Translations under genes and position numbers: made by a program | Notes under the pieces: model-generated | What the model was told of the DNA's origin: nothing | Seen by the model: only the letters and a program-made list of their open reading frames with translations | Database searches by the model: none | Source: a virus | Taxonomy: Duplodnaviria; Heunggongvirae; Uroviricota; Caudoviricetes | DNA length: 40,690 bases | Direction: 5' to 3' (one strand) | Virus record (IMG/VR): IMGVR_UViG_2541047843_000008 | Shown: positions 1-8,397 of the stretch, one piece after another | Layout: each line of letters starts with the position of its first letter | Numbering within the stretch: position 1 is the stretch's first letter

Positions 1-516
1 ATGAAATTTAAAAAATGTCTTCTGCCTGTGGCAATGTTAGCGTCATTCACTCTGGCAGGATGCCAGTCAAATGCTGATGATCATGCCGCCGATGTTTATC
101 AAACCGATCAACTGAATACCAAACAAGAAACTAAAACCGTTAATATTATTTCCATTCTTCCCGCAAAAGTTGCCGTAGACAACGCCCAAAATAAACGGAA
201 CGCACAAGCCTTCGGCGCGCTTATTGGCGCTGTCGCTGGCGGTGTTATCGGCCACAACGTCGGGTCTGGCAGCAATTCCGGAACGACGGCAGGTGCAGTT
301 GGCGGCGGAGCTGTAGGCGCGGCAGCGGGTTCTATGGTGAATGATAAAACCTTAGTGGAAGGTGTTTCTTTAACATATAAGGAAGGCACCAAAGTGTATA
401 CCTCCACCCAGGTGGGTAAAGAGTGCCAGTTTACGACAGGTTTAGCCGTTGTTATTACCACGACGTATAACGAAACGCGTATTCAGCCAAATACCAAATG
501 TCCTGAAAAGAGCTAA
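1..516 (+). CDS. Outer-membrane lipoprotein with glycine-zipper region (SlyB/Pcp-like architecture); host flank or prophage cargo
   Basis: N-terminal lipobox LAGC; Gly/Ala-rich stretch GALIGAVAGGVIGHNVG...GAVGGGAVGAAAGS. Confidence 0.55.
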   Translation: MKFKKCLLPVAMLASFTLAGCQSNADDHAADVYQTDQLNTKQETKTVNIISILPAKVAVDNAQNKRNAQAFGALIGAVAGGVIGHNVGSGSNSGTTAGAVGGGAVGAAAGSMVNDKTLVEGVSLTYKEGTKVYTSTQVGKECQFTTGLAVVITTTYNETRIQPNTKCPEKS

Positions 517-531
517 TAATCAGGAGGAGTC

Positions 532-1071
532 ATGAAGAAAGTTTTTCTTTGCGCCATCTTAGCCTCCTTAAGCTATCCGGCTATCGCCTCATCATTGCAG
601 GATCAACTCTCGGCTGTCGCAGAAGCGGAACAGCAAGGTAAAAATGAAGAGCAAAGGCAGCATGACGAATGGGTCGCGGAGCGCAACAGGGAAATCCAGC
701 AAGAGAAGCAACGTCGCGCAAACGCCCAGGCCGCGGCTAATAAAAGAGCGGCAACGGCAGCAGCGAATAAGAAAGCTCGTCAGGATAAACTGGACGCCGA
801 AGCCACTGCGGACAAAAAACGCGATCAAAGTTATGAAGATGAGCTACGTAGCTTAGAGATTCAGAAACAAAAACTGGCGCTGGCGAAAGAAGAAGCCCGC
901 GTCAAGCGCGAAAACGAATTTATCGATCAGGAACTGAAGCACAAAGCTGCGCAAACCGATGTGGTGCAATCTGAAGCTGACGCAAACAGAAATATGACTG
1001 AAGGCGGTCGCGATCTGATGAAAAGCGTGGGTAAAGCAGAAGAGAATAAATCAGATAGCTGGTTTAACTAA
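532..1071 (+). CDS. Secreted charged coiled-coil protein, function unknown
   Basis: Signal-peptide-like N-terminus MKKVFLCAILASLSYPAIAS followed by K/E/Q/A-rich low-complexity sequence; SD-like AGGAGG upstream. Confidence 0.5.
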   Translation: MKKVFLCAILASLSYPAIASSLQDQLSAVAEAEQQGKNEEQRQHDEWVAERNREIQQEKQRRANAQAAANKRAATAAANKKARQDKLDAEATADKKRDQSYEDELRSLEIQKQKLALAKEEARVKRENEFIDQELKHKAAQTDVVQSEADANRNMTEGGRDLMKSVGKAEENKSDSWFN

Positions 1072-1110
1072 ACGATGTTAGTAACTTCAAACCTATAATT
1101 CTTTAGGATA

Positions 1111-1141
1111 AAAAAACCCTCTGTAGTAACAGAGGGTTTTG
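1111..1141. terminator. Bidirectional rho-independent terminator between the flank gene and Rz
   Basis: Stem ACCCTCTG / CAGAGGGT with 6-nt loop, flanked by an A-run upstream and T-run downstream. Confidence 0.5.
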
Positions 1142-1289
1142 TTCATTCATAGTGCAGGGTCAAATCATTCCCACTCAATTATTTACGATAACCATAACCA
1201 ATTGAGTGATAACATTTTTCCAAATCTCAATTTTTCCCGTACCGTTTTATATACCGTCACCGGAAATCAGTACCATGAAAAATGCCATG

Positions 1290-1772
1290 CTATCTGGTCA
1301 AAGTGTCGTACTGTTTTTCGCAGACTCTTCCGGCTTCGGCTGCCCGGTCAGCATACTCTGCCAGTTGTCTGTTTCTCTCGAGAGATTTGCTGAGCACGTC
1401 GGCAAGCAAAACTCCGGTGTCTGCGGCTGACGACCCAGCGCCGACAATGGCGTTATACTGCCTGAGCTGCTCACGGATGGCAAAGAGTTGTTGCTGCAAC
1501 CGGCCAGCGCTAGCGGCAGCATCAAGAGCATCATTGCGCTCCTGGTCGATCCTCTGCTGAGCTTCACGTTCATTGGTCACTTTCTCCTGTTCGTAGTACT
1601 GACGAACTTTGTCTTCTTCGGCTTTGCGGTCTTCTTCCGCCTGAGCATACCCGGCATCGTACTGGCGACTGCCGTGTATATTCCAGGCAACCACTCCTGA
1701 TATGACCAGAACAGCAAGCACTGCCACGATAAGAAACTGTTTCCAGTATGCTTTTACGAATGCCCAGATCAT
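1290..1772 (-). CDS. Rz-like i-spanin (lysis protein)
   Basis: N-terminal TM segment then charged coiled-coil; last gene of lysis cassette; contains embedded out-of-frame lipoprotein ORF. Confidence 0.65.
   Translation of the reverse strand: MIWAFVKAYWKQFLIVAVLAVLVISGVVAWNIHGSRQYDAGYAQAEEDRKAEEDKVRQYYEQEKVTNEREAQQRIDQERNDALDAAASAGRLQQQLFAIREQLRQYNAIVGAGSSAADTGVLLADVLSKSLERNRQLAEYADRAAEAGRVCEKQYDTLTR
1298..1573 (-). CDS. Rz1-like o-spanin lipoprotein embedded in Rz (true start probably an internal Met near 1534)
   Basis: Lipobox LALAGCS in alternate frame fully inside Rz; Pro-rich mature part. Confidence 0.5.
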   Translation of the reverse strand: MNVKLSRGSTRSAMMLLMLPLALAGCSNNSLPSVSSSGSITPLSALGRQPQTPEFCLPTCSANLSRETDNWQSMLTGQPKPEESAKNSTTL

Positions 1773-2398
1773 ACCGCCAGCACCTTACTGGCAGTGATGT
1801 ACCGCGCTCGCCGGTCGTCGATGCCGTTCCGGCCACCATTGATAATCAGAGTTACACGTGCAATATCGCCGGTATACTTCATGCATCCTTTGCTGGCGAA
1901 GAACCACGCCGCGCTACGAGCCGCATATCCGTCCTGCGCCAGCAGTTCAGGGCTCTCCAGCAGGTCCACTTTCAGGCCGTTTCCGCAATCACGATAGTTA
2001 TTCAAACCGGTAATCTGGATAAGTCCGCGGCCACGGTAATTCCAGCCATCGCCGGGGGCATTGTTCCCCATGCGTTTGCTGTATACCAGATTTGCGATCG
2101 CGCGCTGGCGCTCAAGTGGCAATGGTGGTTCACCAGCACGGCGCCCCAGTGCATTAGCCTGCCCCTGAGTGAGACGCCCAGCCCGAACGAAGTTAGCCAG
2201 TCCGCTGACACTGTAGTTGAAATTCTCCTGCAACCTGGTGAAGCCCCCAGACTCATGCCCGACTTGAGCAATAAACATTGCCTGATCTTCTGCTTTGCTG
2301 ATACCAAACTCTTTCATCGCAGAAGTTATATGCGAGAACCAGCGTGCGGCCAGTGCCTCGCTGATACCAGCAGCTCGCTGGAATTGTTTAATCTCCAT
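1769..2398 (-). CDS. Endolysin, glycoside hydrolase family 19 (chitinase-like lysozyme)
   Basis: GH19-type motifs QVGHESGGF and [15 protein letters not shown]; start taken at internal ATG (MEIKQF...) overlapping the upstream gene end. Confidence 0.8.
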   Translation of the reverse strand: MEIKQFQRAAGISEALAARWFSHITSAMKEFGISKAEDQAMFIAQVGHESGGFTRLQENFNYSVSGLANFVRAGRLTQGQANALGRRAGEPPLPLERQRAIANLVYSKRMGNNAPGDGWNYRGRGLIQITGLNNYRDCGNGLKVDLLESPELLAQDGYAARSAAWFFASKGCMKYTGDIARVTLIINGGRNGIDDRRARYITASKVLAV

Positions 2399-2696
2399 GT
2401 TTAGACCTCGATACTTTAAAAATTTGAACGACGTTACCGCGCGTTTTAATAACCGCAGCCAGCATGACAGCGTTGATAATGACCTCAGATAAATCCACAG
2501 CCATTGGCGTACGTAACCAGATTGCATAGGCGACTCGAACAGGAATACTGGCCGCAGCAACAATCAGGAAATAAGCAAGCCATCCTCCCCACCTTCGATG
2601 TTGAGAGCCGTTACGCCGGAATGTGACAACGCGAATTGCTATGCCAGTGCAAATAACTGCATTAGTGATAAGCAAAAAAAACTCATGCGTTACCAT
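2388..2696 (-). CDS. Small two-TM membrane protein, putative holin/antiholin partner
   Basis: Two hydrophobic segments; sits between holin and endolysin with overlapping ends. Confidence 0.4.
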   Translation of the reverse strand: MVTHEFFLLITNAVICTGIAIRVVTFRRNGSQHRRWGGWLAYFLIVAAASIPVRVAYAIWLRTPMAVDLSEVIINAVMLAAVIKTRGNVVQIFKVSRSKHGD

Positions 2697-3087
2697 CGTC
2701 TTTTCTCCCCGGAATTAACTCGCGTGGATTATCGGAACGGTGATAGAGCCATATACCAATACGCACAGCGACAATTGCTGACACGAATGCGCCTGCAGAG
2801 AAAACAATCCCTTTTTCAAAAGAGTCCTGCGTGATGGTAGGGATCAGGCTGGCTATGCCGATAAGAATTGATGCTGCTGGTTTGTAAAAGAGAAGGCCGC
2901 AAAGAAAGCTGAGCATCGACAGGAGCACCCGGCGACGGATGGGGTACTCTACTGCAGAGGTAACAAAAATTACCGCCCCAGCCAAAGCCCCTAAAGCAAC
3001 CTCCGGAGGGACACCTGCAATAACTGCAGCAAGAGAACCAAAACTAAGCAACTGATTTAATTGCTCACTTGTTACTTGAGCAGACAT
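2683..3087 (-). CDS. Holin (three predicted TM segments, charged C-terminus)
   Basis: Three hydrophobic helices and basic/acidic C-terminal tail; first gene of lysis cassette. Confidence 0.6.
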   Translation of the reverse strand: MSAQVTSEQLNQLLSFGSLAAVIAGVPPEVALGALAGAVIFVTSAVEYPIRRRVLLSMLSFLCGLLFYKPAASILIGIASLIPTITQDSFEKGIVFSAGAFVSAIVAVRIGIWLYHRSDNPRELIPGRKDDGNA

Positions 3088-3366
3088 ACTTTCTCCTGTT
3101 TACTATCTATAAGCCAGTCAATTATTGATGACTAAACCCGCATAGTAAACCATATATGAATCATTATTGTTCCATATCATATATCTCAATAAAAGTACTA
3201 ATGATTTTACAGAACGAGCCAGCAGAGTGGGGGCAGTTGTACAGGAACCATAGACTTAATTTTGTATTTAATAATGCTATGGTGTAATAAACCTGAACAT
3301 GTATTTAAAATACGTACTGATTCATGATAGAATTCAAAGATAACTTTTCACCAACTCAGTTTTTGA

Positions 3367-3395
3367 TGCCCGCAATATTTTGCGGGCTTTTTTTT
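3367..3395 (+). terminator. Rho-independent terminator, plus-strand orientation only
   Basis: Stem GCCCGCAA / TTGCGGGC followed by 8 T on the plus strand; abuts the tailspike stop. Confidence 0.5.
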
Positions 3396-6300
3396 AACGT
3401 TCTTCCAGAGACTGAACCCGCTCTTTTATCTTATCCATTTCTCTGCGCTGCCATGCTGCCTCGATATAGAATAAGAGATCAGGTCTGACCCCCCATCTAG
3501 ATCCTGCTGGCGTTATTTCAACGCGCTCAATGATGTCTTCCATTACCATCACTGGATTATCATCCTCATCAACAATGATGCTCCCGTCATTATCAGTCAG
3601 CGGCATTTCCCTTTGGCCAGTAATGACGTCATCATATACTGCGGGATAATCGTCATAGCAAAGAAAGGCATAGCGGCATGTTGTGCTTTCTTCTTCCATG
3701 AGTCCGTGAGAAATAAGAACATCACGAAGTTGCTGCGCGATTACACCATGATGTATCCTCGCCCCTTCTTCCCCCTTTATAGCGACAGCGTTCAGCCATT
3801 TATAAGCGATATACCTGACGTCACCCCAGGCATCCAGCAATGCTTCGTCAGGAGAGACAGGCTCTGTCTTTAATGTTCCGTCACTGGTAACCACAGGATT
3901 GGAGCCAAGATAAACTGTCGAGAACCTGTTTCCCGGACCACCAAGAGCATTTACATTATCAAGATAAGGTTTAACATCTCCGTTCTCAAAAAGATGTTCG
4001 AGTGCGTTATATACCGCGCGACGTGGAGTACTGCTTCCGGAACCATGCAACGTTATCATTGCACCATCTGCTGAAGACGTTGTTTCACCGCCGCTAACGA
4101 TTAATCTCTGAGCGGTAACATCATCAGACGGTACTTTCTTCGCAATAATGGCGTAATTACCCTCAAGTTTGACTTCCGCGCGAACTTGTCCTGATGTACC
4201 TGCATGGACAGTCAGTGACTGGACGGCAACATCATCTGTGAAATCAACGGGTACAGGAACCGTCCTCACGCCTGACGTCGACATAAAAGTAGGAAGCGTT
4301 CTGTTAGGAGTGGCTCCGTAGACAAAATCCCTTGAAACAAATTCTTCCTGTTTAATTTTCACCCTGAAACAATACAAATCAGCCGGGTGACCATCGTGAA
4401 CATAAGGATATTTTCTGTTGTTATCCCCTATGCTCCATGGGTTTAGAAAGTCTTCCCCACCGAAAATGTAGTACAGCCAGTTGTCTTTGATACAAACTGA
4501 ACCAACACCAACCGCAGAGTTAACTATTCCGCCCTGATAAATCTGATCAGTAACATTAACCCACTCTACATTATCCAGACTCCACTCATTGACGTTAACT
4601 CTGGTCATAAATGTTCTTGGATAATTTCCTGCATAACGGTTATCAGGTTCTCCTCCTTCCCACTCACCAAATGCGCGCTCACTGCCAAAAATAATCAGCT
4701 CATCGCCAACTTTGGCAAAAGGAAGGTTTGAGTGATGAACATTATTTGGGAAGCGAAGAGAATTCCATGATGTACCTAAATCAGAGCTTCTGTGCAATGA
4801 ACTACCGGGTTGAGTACTTAATGTCCCCCTGGTCGTCAGATACAGAATGCCATCATAATATTTTACACATGGCTCAGATGCATTCGCCTCATATTCTACA
4901 GGTATGCGTCTGCGAACAAAGCTACCAGGAGAACCGAAAGCATCAGAGAAATAGAGTATCCCAAGCTCGCGTGGACCAATATCACCATTATGGTAGCCAA
5001 CAGCAAAACTGTTATCGCTAATCGTCGCAAAACTGTGAATCTCAGTAACAGGAGTGCTTCCGTCAACAAAAGAAGGAATAGTTCCAAGACTGGTTTTTCT
5101 CCATGGTGACGAGTGAAATGATGTGCCAAAACTCCAGTATCTACCCTCGTTATTCTGATCCACATCCTGGGTATTTTGCGTCGTAACTGTAAAGGTATTT
5201 TTATCAATAACAGTAGTCACCGTCATATTCCCGGTAACACCTGTAACACCAGAGTTTGAGAAGTTGACAAAATCACCAGCAAATAATCCGTGATCAGTAA
5301 TGCGAATATAAGCGACTTGCTGATTTGCTGCTTTCGTTATACCACCATAAACGCGAAGGCTGCGACTCATTGGGCGATCCCACAACTCTGCAACCTGCAG
5401 TTTATTTCCTCTCACGGTCCGCGTCTCAATTACAGCAAAAAGGCGATTTCTGACAACCCCCATACTCATGCAGTGATAGTTAACTGTGGGATAGTTTTCA
5501 TGTAAATCTGTAAGCCATTCCGGCGTTGTCCAGGTCTTCCCGTCATCTCCTGAGCGAACCCATGCAACATGGAGGTTATTTACACCATGGCGGTCTCCAG
5601 CCATAAAAGGCGCATAGATGACATTGTCATATACAAACGTTTTATCCTGCGTCCAGGCGTTGTACCACGGTGTATCTGTAATTTTAAATAACTCTCCCTG
5701 GATAAAATCTTCAGAAGCATAAAAAAGAGGCTGGCCCGGTATTCTCTCAAATAAAAAACGAGCATTTTTAAATCGACTGACATCCGGAAGAGTTGATACT
5801 TTAAAAGTAAGCCCTAATCCGTCAATTTTATAACCTGGAGATGAGGCTTCAAGGCACGCGCTTATTGCAGTGGAATCGTCATTTATACCATCACCAACAG
5901 CTCCAAAATCTTTGGGGCTAATAGCATCACGCATTTTATCCTGGAACGTTCGGTACACAGCCCCAGAACCATACTGAATAAACCAACCAAAACCACCAAC
6001 AACCCCGGCGATTGCAGCATCGACATAATTACGCATTGAGCGATTATTTACAGCGTCCTGCTCAAGTGATGGATCTGCAAGGTTAGAAATTTTGTTTTGC
6101 TTTGCATCGTAATATTTTGCAAGCAAAGATGGTTTCATCAATGCACGTCTGAACCACCCAAAACATTGCTGGATCAGCATCGTCAGGTAGTCAAAAGCAT
6201 CTTCATGCACTTCGGGGAAAAATTTTCCCTGATTGCGAAGGTCTGTCTCCTGCACTACATCAAGCACACGATCTATCGTAATTCGCCATCCAGCAGCAAG

Positions 6301-6513
6301 CGGAGACGGAAGAACAACAGAACCGCCACTATAAGTGCCCGCCCCAGTTACCGTATAACCGGTATCCAGAACCAATTCTGTTACGTTCCCGTTCAGGTCA
6401 GACACCTGAACAACCAGGTCGGATTTTTTGAAAATACGGAAGGTATACGGAAATGATGTCGTAACGCCGTTACCTGTGTATTCGTTGTGGTCAACTTCGG
6501 TTGAGACCGTCAT
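3394..6513 (-). CDS. Tailspike/tail fibre: T7 gp17-like N-terminal anchor, depolymerase domain with sialidase-type Asp-boxes (candidate endosialidase), C-terminal intramolecular chaperone (S74-like) domain
   Basis: N-terminal ~120 aa with gp17-like pattern; DFGAVGDGINDDS; Asp-boxes SGDDGKTW and SSDLGTSW; C-terminal VTSDGTLKTEP...HHGVIAQQ chaperone-like region. Confidence 0.85.
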   Translation of the reverse strand: MTVSTEVDHNEYTGNGVTTSFPYTFRIFKKSDLVVQVSDLNGNVTELVLDTGYTVTGAGTYSGGSVVLPSPLAAGWRITIDRVLDVVQETDLRNQGKFFPEVHEDAFDYLTMLIQQCFGWFRRALMKPSLLAKYYDAKQNKISNLADPSLEQDAVNNRSMRNYVDAAIAGVVGGFGWFIQYGSGAVYRTFQDKMRDAISPKDFGAVGDGINDDSTAISACLEASSPGYKIDGLGLTFKVSTLPDVSRFKNARFLFERIPGQPLFYASEDFIQGELFKITDTPWYNAWTQDKTFVYDNVIYAPFMAGDRHGVNNLHVAWVRSGDDGKTWTTPEWLTDLHENYPTVNYHCMSMGVVRNRLFAVIETRTVRGNKLQVAELWDRPMSRSLRVYGGITKAANQQVAYIRITDHGLFAGDFVNFSNSGVTGVTGNMTVTTVIDKNTFTVTTQNTQDVDQNNEGRYWSFGTSFHSSPWRKTSLGTIPSFVDGSTPVTEIHSFATISDNSFAVGYHNGDIGPRELGILYFSDAFGSPGSFVRRRIPVEYEANASEPCVKYYDGILYLTTRGTLSTQPGSSLHRSSDLGTSWNSLRFPNNVHHSNLPFAKVGDELIIFGSERAFGEWEGGEPDNRYAGNYPRTFMTRVNVNEWSLDNVEWVNVTDQIYQGGIVNSAVGVGSVCIKDNWLYYIFGGEDFLNPWSIGDNNRKYPYVHDGHPADLYCFRVKIKQEEFVSRDFVYGATPNRTLPTFMSTSGVRTVPVPVDFTDDVAVQSLTVHAGTSGQVRAEVKLEGNYAIIAKKVPSDDVTAQRLIVSGGETTSSADGAMITLHGSGSSTPRRAVYNALEHLFENGDVKPYLDNVNALGGPGNRFSTVYLGSNPVVTSDGTLKTEPVSPDEALLDAWGDVRYIAYKWLNAVAIKGEEGARIHHGVIAQQLRDVLISHGLMEEESTTCRYAFLCYDDYPAVYDDVITGQREMPLTDNDGSIIVDEDDNPVMVMEDIIERVEITPAGSRWGVRPDLLFYIEAAWQRREMDKIKERVQSLEER

Positions 6514-6617
6514 GTTAAATCTCCAGATAGTCGCAGCACCCGTTGCGCCGCATATCTGGTTATTCTATTACCTGAAAAACCACATATGGATAGATAACCC
6601 ATAAATACGAAAAGATA

Positions 6618-6632
6618 TTACCTTTCAGGTGA
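6618..6632. promoter_or_regulatory. Operator-like palindrome variant TTACCTTTCAGGTGA
   Basis: One-mismatch copy of the recurring TTACCT-N3-AGGTAA palindrome, between the tailspike start and a plus-strand moron. Confidence 0.4.
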
Positions 6633-6669
6633 TTTGCAAAACGTGCTGGATAGCAAACAAATTATTTGA

Positions 6670-6689
6670 TACTGTATATTTATACAGTT
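6670..6689. promoter_or_regulatory. LexA (SOS) box upstream of the small antirepressor-like gene
   Basis: TACTGTATATTTATACAGTT fits CTGT-N8-ACAG with AT-rich spacer; 20-40 nt upstream of the ATG candidates at 6695 and 6710. Confidence 0.6.
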
Positions 6690-6709
6690 ATTGCATGGAG
6701 AAGATTAAG

Positions 6710-6967
6710 ATGCAGCAGTATCACTATCCACTGGAAGACGGATTTACCGAAAGGATTCACACGCCGGGAGGCGTCAGGTCACTGGTGGAGGGATCGCACT
6801 TGATGAAATTACTCCGGGATCTCGATAAGGATGGATTTAATGTCGATGGCCCACTTGCCGAACTGACTGCACTGATTAACTACGTCACCAGCTCACAGAT
6901 GTCTATGCAGGATCTGCAAACACATCTCGACTATTGTGCCGAACAATTACGAAAACAAACCAGATAA
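6710..6967 (+). CDS. Small antirepressor-like protein: stand-alone paralog of the C-terminal domain of the neighbouring antirepressor (Tum-like candidate); alternative start 6695
   Basis: About 80 aa align with the C-terminus of the 7285..7941 product (e.g. [36 protein letters not shown]); GGAG 9 nt upstream of ATG. Confidence 0.5.
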   Translation: MQQYHYPLEDGFTERIHTPGGVRSLVEGSHLMKLLRDLDKDGFNVDGPLAELTALINYVTSSQMSMQDLQTHLDYCAEQLRKQTR

Positions 6968-6998
6968 GGTTTGCAATTACCAAGTGGAGTGCTTATAT

Positions 6999-7013
6999 TT
7001 ACCTTTTCGGTAA
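6999..7013. promoter_or_regulatory. Operator-like palindrome TTACCTTTTCGGTAA
   Basis: Copy of recurring TTACC-N5-GGTAA palindrome downstream of the small ant-like gene. Confidence 0.45.
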
Positions 7014-7104
7014 ATTTACATCGCACTCCTCTTGTGCCATAGTAATCGGGCACTGGCAAAATCCAGTGCCGGGATTGGTCTCCCGGATTACTAAGTGGCG
7101 CATA

Positions 7105-7127
7105 CCACGCCAGACGTGGTTTTTTTA
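7105..7127 (+). terminator. Rho-independent terminator after the small antirepressor-like gene
   Basis: Stem CCACG / CGTGG with 5-nt loop followed by 8 T. Confidence 0.5.
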
Positions 7128-7284
7128 TGCGTATAGCACAGTCATGCCAGAATTATGGTGGGCTGAATGGGGGTCCGAAAGGACGCCGGTACCACTTAGG
7201 CCGGTAAGACCAACTCCGTTCAGTTCACCACCATCTGATTGGTCTCAGCGGTGGTGATGTAATTCGCTAAGTGGAGACGCCATC

Positions 7285-7941
7285 ATGAACGCTCAACTCA
7301 TCCCCGTATTCAACGGCACTATATCTAACGAAACAGCCCTACTTTGTAATGCCCGCGATCTGCACGCTTTTTTAGGTGTTAAAAAGGTGTTTGCAGCATG
7401 GATTACAAATCGCATATCAGAATACGAATTCATTGAAAATCAAGACTATATTTTGCTTTCCAATTTGGGAAAGCAAACATCTGGTAGAGGCGGCCACAAC
7501 CGCAAAGAGTACCACCTCACCCTTGATACAGCCAAAGAGCTGGCGATGGTCGAGCGTAACGAAAAAGGTCGCCAGGTGCGACGCTACTTCATTGAATGCG
7601 AGAAACGTTTAAGACAACAAGAAACAAAAGTGGAGAAGGTCTTGTCAGGCTTCATGCCCGCCATAATGGAGGCGATCAAGCTGGAAGACAAAAAAGAATA
7701 CAGCGCCCCACTGAAGCCCGGCTACCGCAGCCTGATTCATTCGCCGTCTGGTGTTCTCGGCCTGACGGAGAACTCACTGCTGATGAATCTGCTGAACCAG
7801 TTACAGGACGACGGGCACGACGTATCGGGCGCGGCGGCGGAGCTGACCACCATGTTCTGCTACATCGTCGGTGTGAGCAAATGCCTGCGTGATATCCAGA
7901 CCCACGCGGAGTACATCAACGACAAGGCAGGGTTCTTCTGA
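7285..7941 (+). CDS. Antirepressor-like protein (N-terminal Ant-type domain plus C-terminal domain shared with 6710..6967)
   Basis: N-terminus resembles phage antirepressor N-terminal domains as recalled; SD GGAGA upstream; C-terminal paralogy seen directly. Confidence 0.6.
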   Translation: MNAQLIPVFNGTISNETALLCNARDLHAFLGVKKVFAAWITNRISEYEFIENQDYILLSNLGKQTSGRGGHNRKEYHLTLDTAKELAMVERNEKGRQVRRYFIECEKRLRQQETKVEKVLSGFMPAIMEAIKLEDKKEYSAPLKPGYRSLIHSPSGVLGLTENSLLMNLLNQLQDDGHDVSGAAAELTTMFCYIVGVSKCLRDIQTHAEYINDKAGFF

Positions 7942-7949
7942 CGGGCGGT

Positions 7950-7972
7950 GGCACAGGGATGTGCCTTTAAAT
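7950..7972 (+). terminator. Putative terminator after antirepressor gene
   Basis: Stem GGCACA / TGTGCC with GGGA loop followed by TTTAAATAATT. Confidence 0.4.
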
Positions 7973-8013
7973 AATTCTGTACAGATTGCAGACCGGGGGT
8001 GAATAGCGTACTA

Positions 8014-8028
8014 TTACCTTAAAGGTAA
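8014..8028. promoter_or_regulatory. Operator palindrome TTACCTTAAAGGTAA upstream of the two-gene cassette
   Basis: Perfect TTACCT-N3-AGGTAA palindrome 43 nt upstream of the ATG at 8071. Confidence 0.5.
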
Positions 8029-8070
8029 ACCTGTTTTTATTTTATACCTGTAACTTACCGGAGATTAAAG

Positions 8071-8397
8071 ATGACAAAACTTGGATTCGTGATGAGAGGT
8101 CCGGTAAGAAGCGGAACTCATGCAAAGCGTAGCAAGAGTCGTATTTTTACTGGTAAGGTTGTAGCACGTAAATCAGCTATTGGCTCGTTCAATAGTGAAA
8201 ATGCGGCATTGCGCCATATTTTTATCAGCACAAAGCCAAGAGCATCCGCTGATGTGCATACAATGTCTATTCCTATCACAAAGAATATCAAGCGGATAAA
8301 AAAGCTCTCATCTGCAGAATCAAAAGAGATATCTTTCCGCCAGCTTAACTCATTAGAAACGCATATGAAGGAAGAGGAATTCGATGTTTTTGAGTGA
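8071..8397 (+). CDS. Hypothetical basic protein, first gene of unassigned two-gene cassette
   Basis: ATG with GGAG SD; K/R/S-rich N-terminus; AT-rich moron-like composition. Confidence 0.5.
   Translation: MTKLGFVMRGPVRSGTHAKRSKSRIFTGKVVARKSAIGSFNSENAALRHIFISTKPRASADVHTMSIPITKNIKRIKKLSSAESKEISFRQLNSLETHMKEEEFDVFE

Noticed and set aside
1769-2563. Full-length 264-aa version of the endolysin ORF
   Set aside because: The first 55 codons overlap the upstream membrane-protein gene and look non-globular; the internal ATG at 2398 starts the recognisable GH19 domain and fits the compact gene arrangement.
3394-6513. Assigning the tailspike as a P22-type tailspike with an N-terminal head-binding domain
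   Set aside because: The N-terminus follows the T7 gp17-type pattern and the adjacent genes are T7 gp11/gp12-like, not P22 gp4/gp10/gp26-like.
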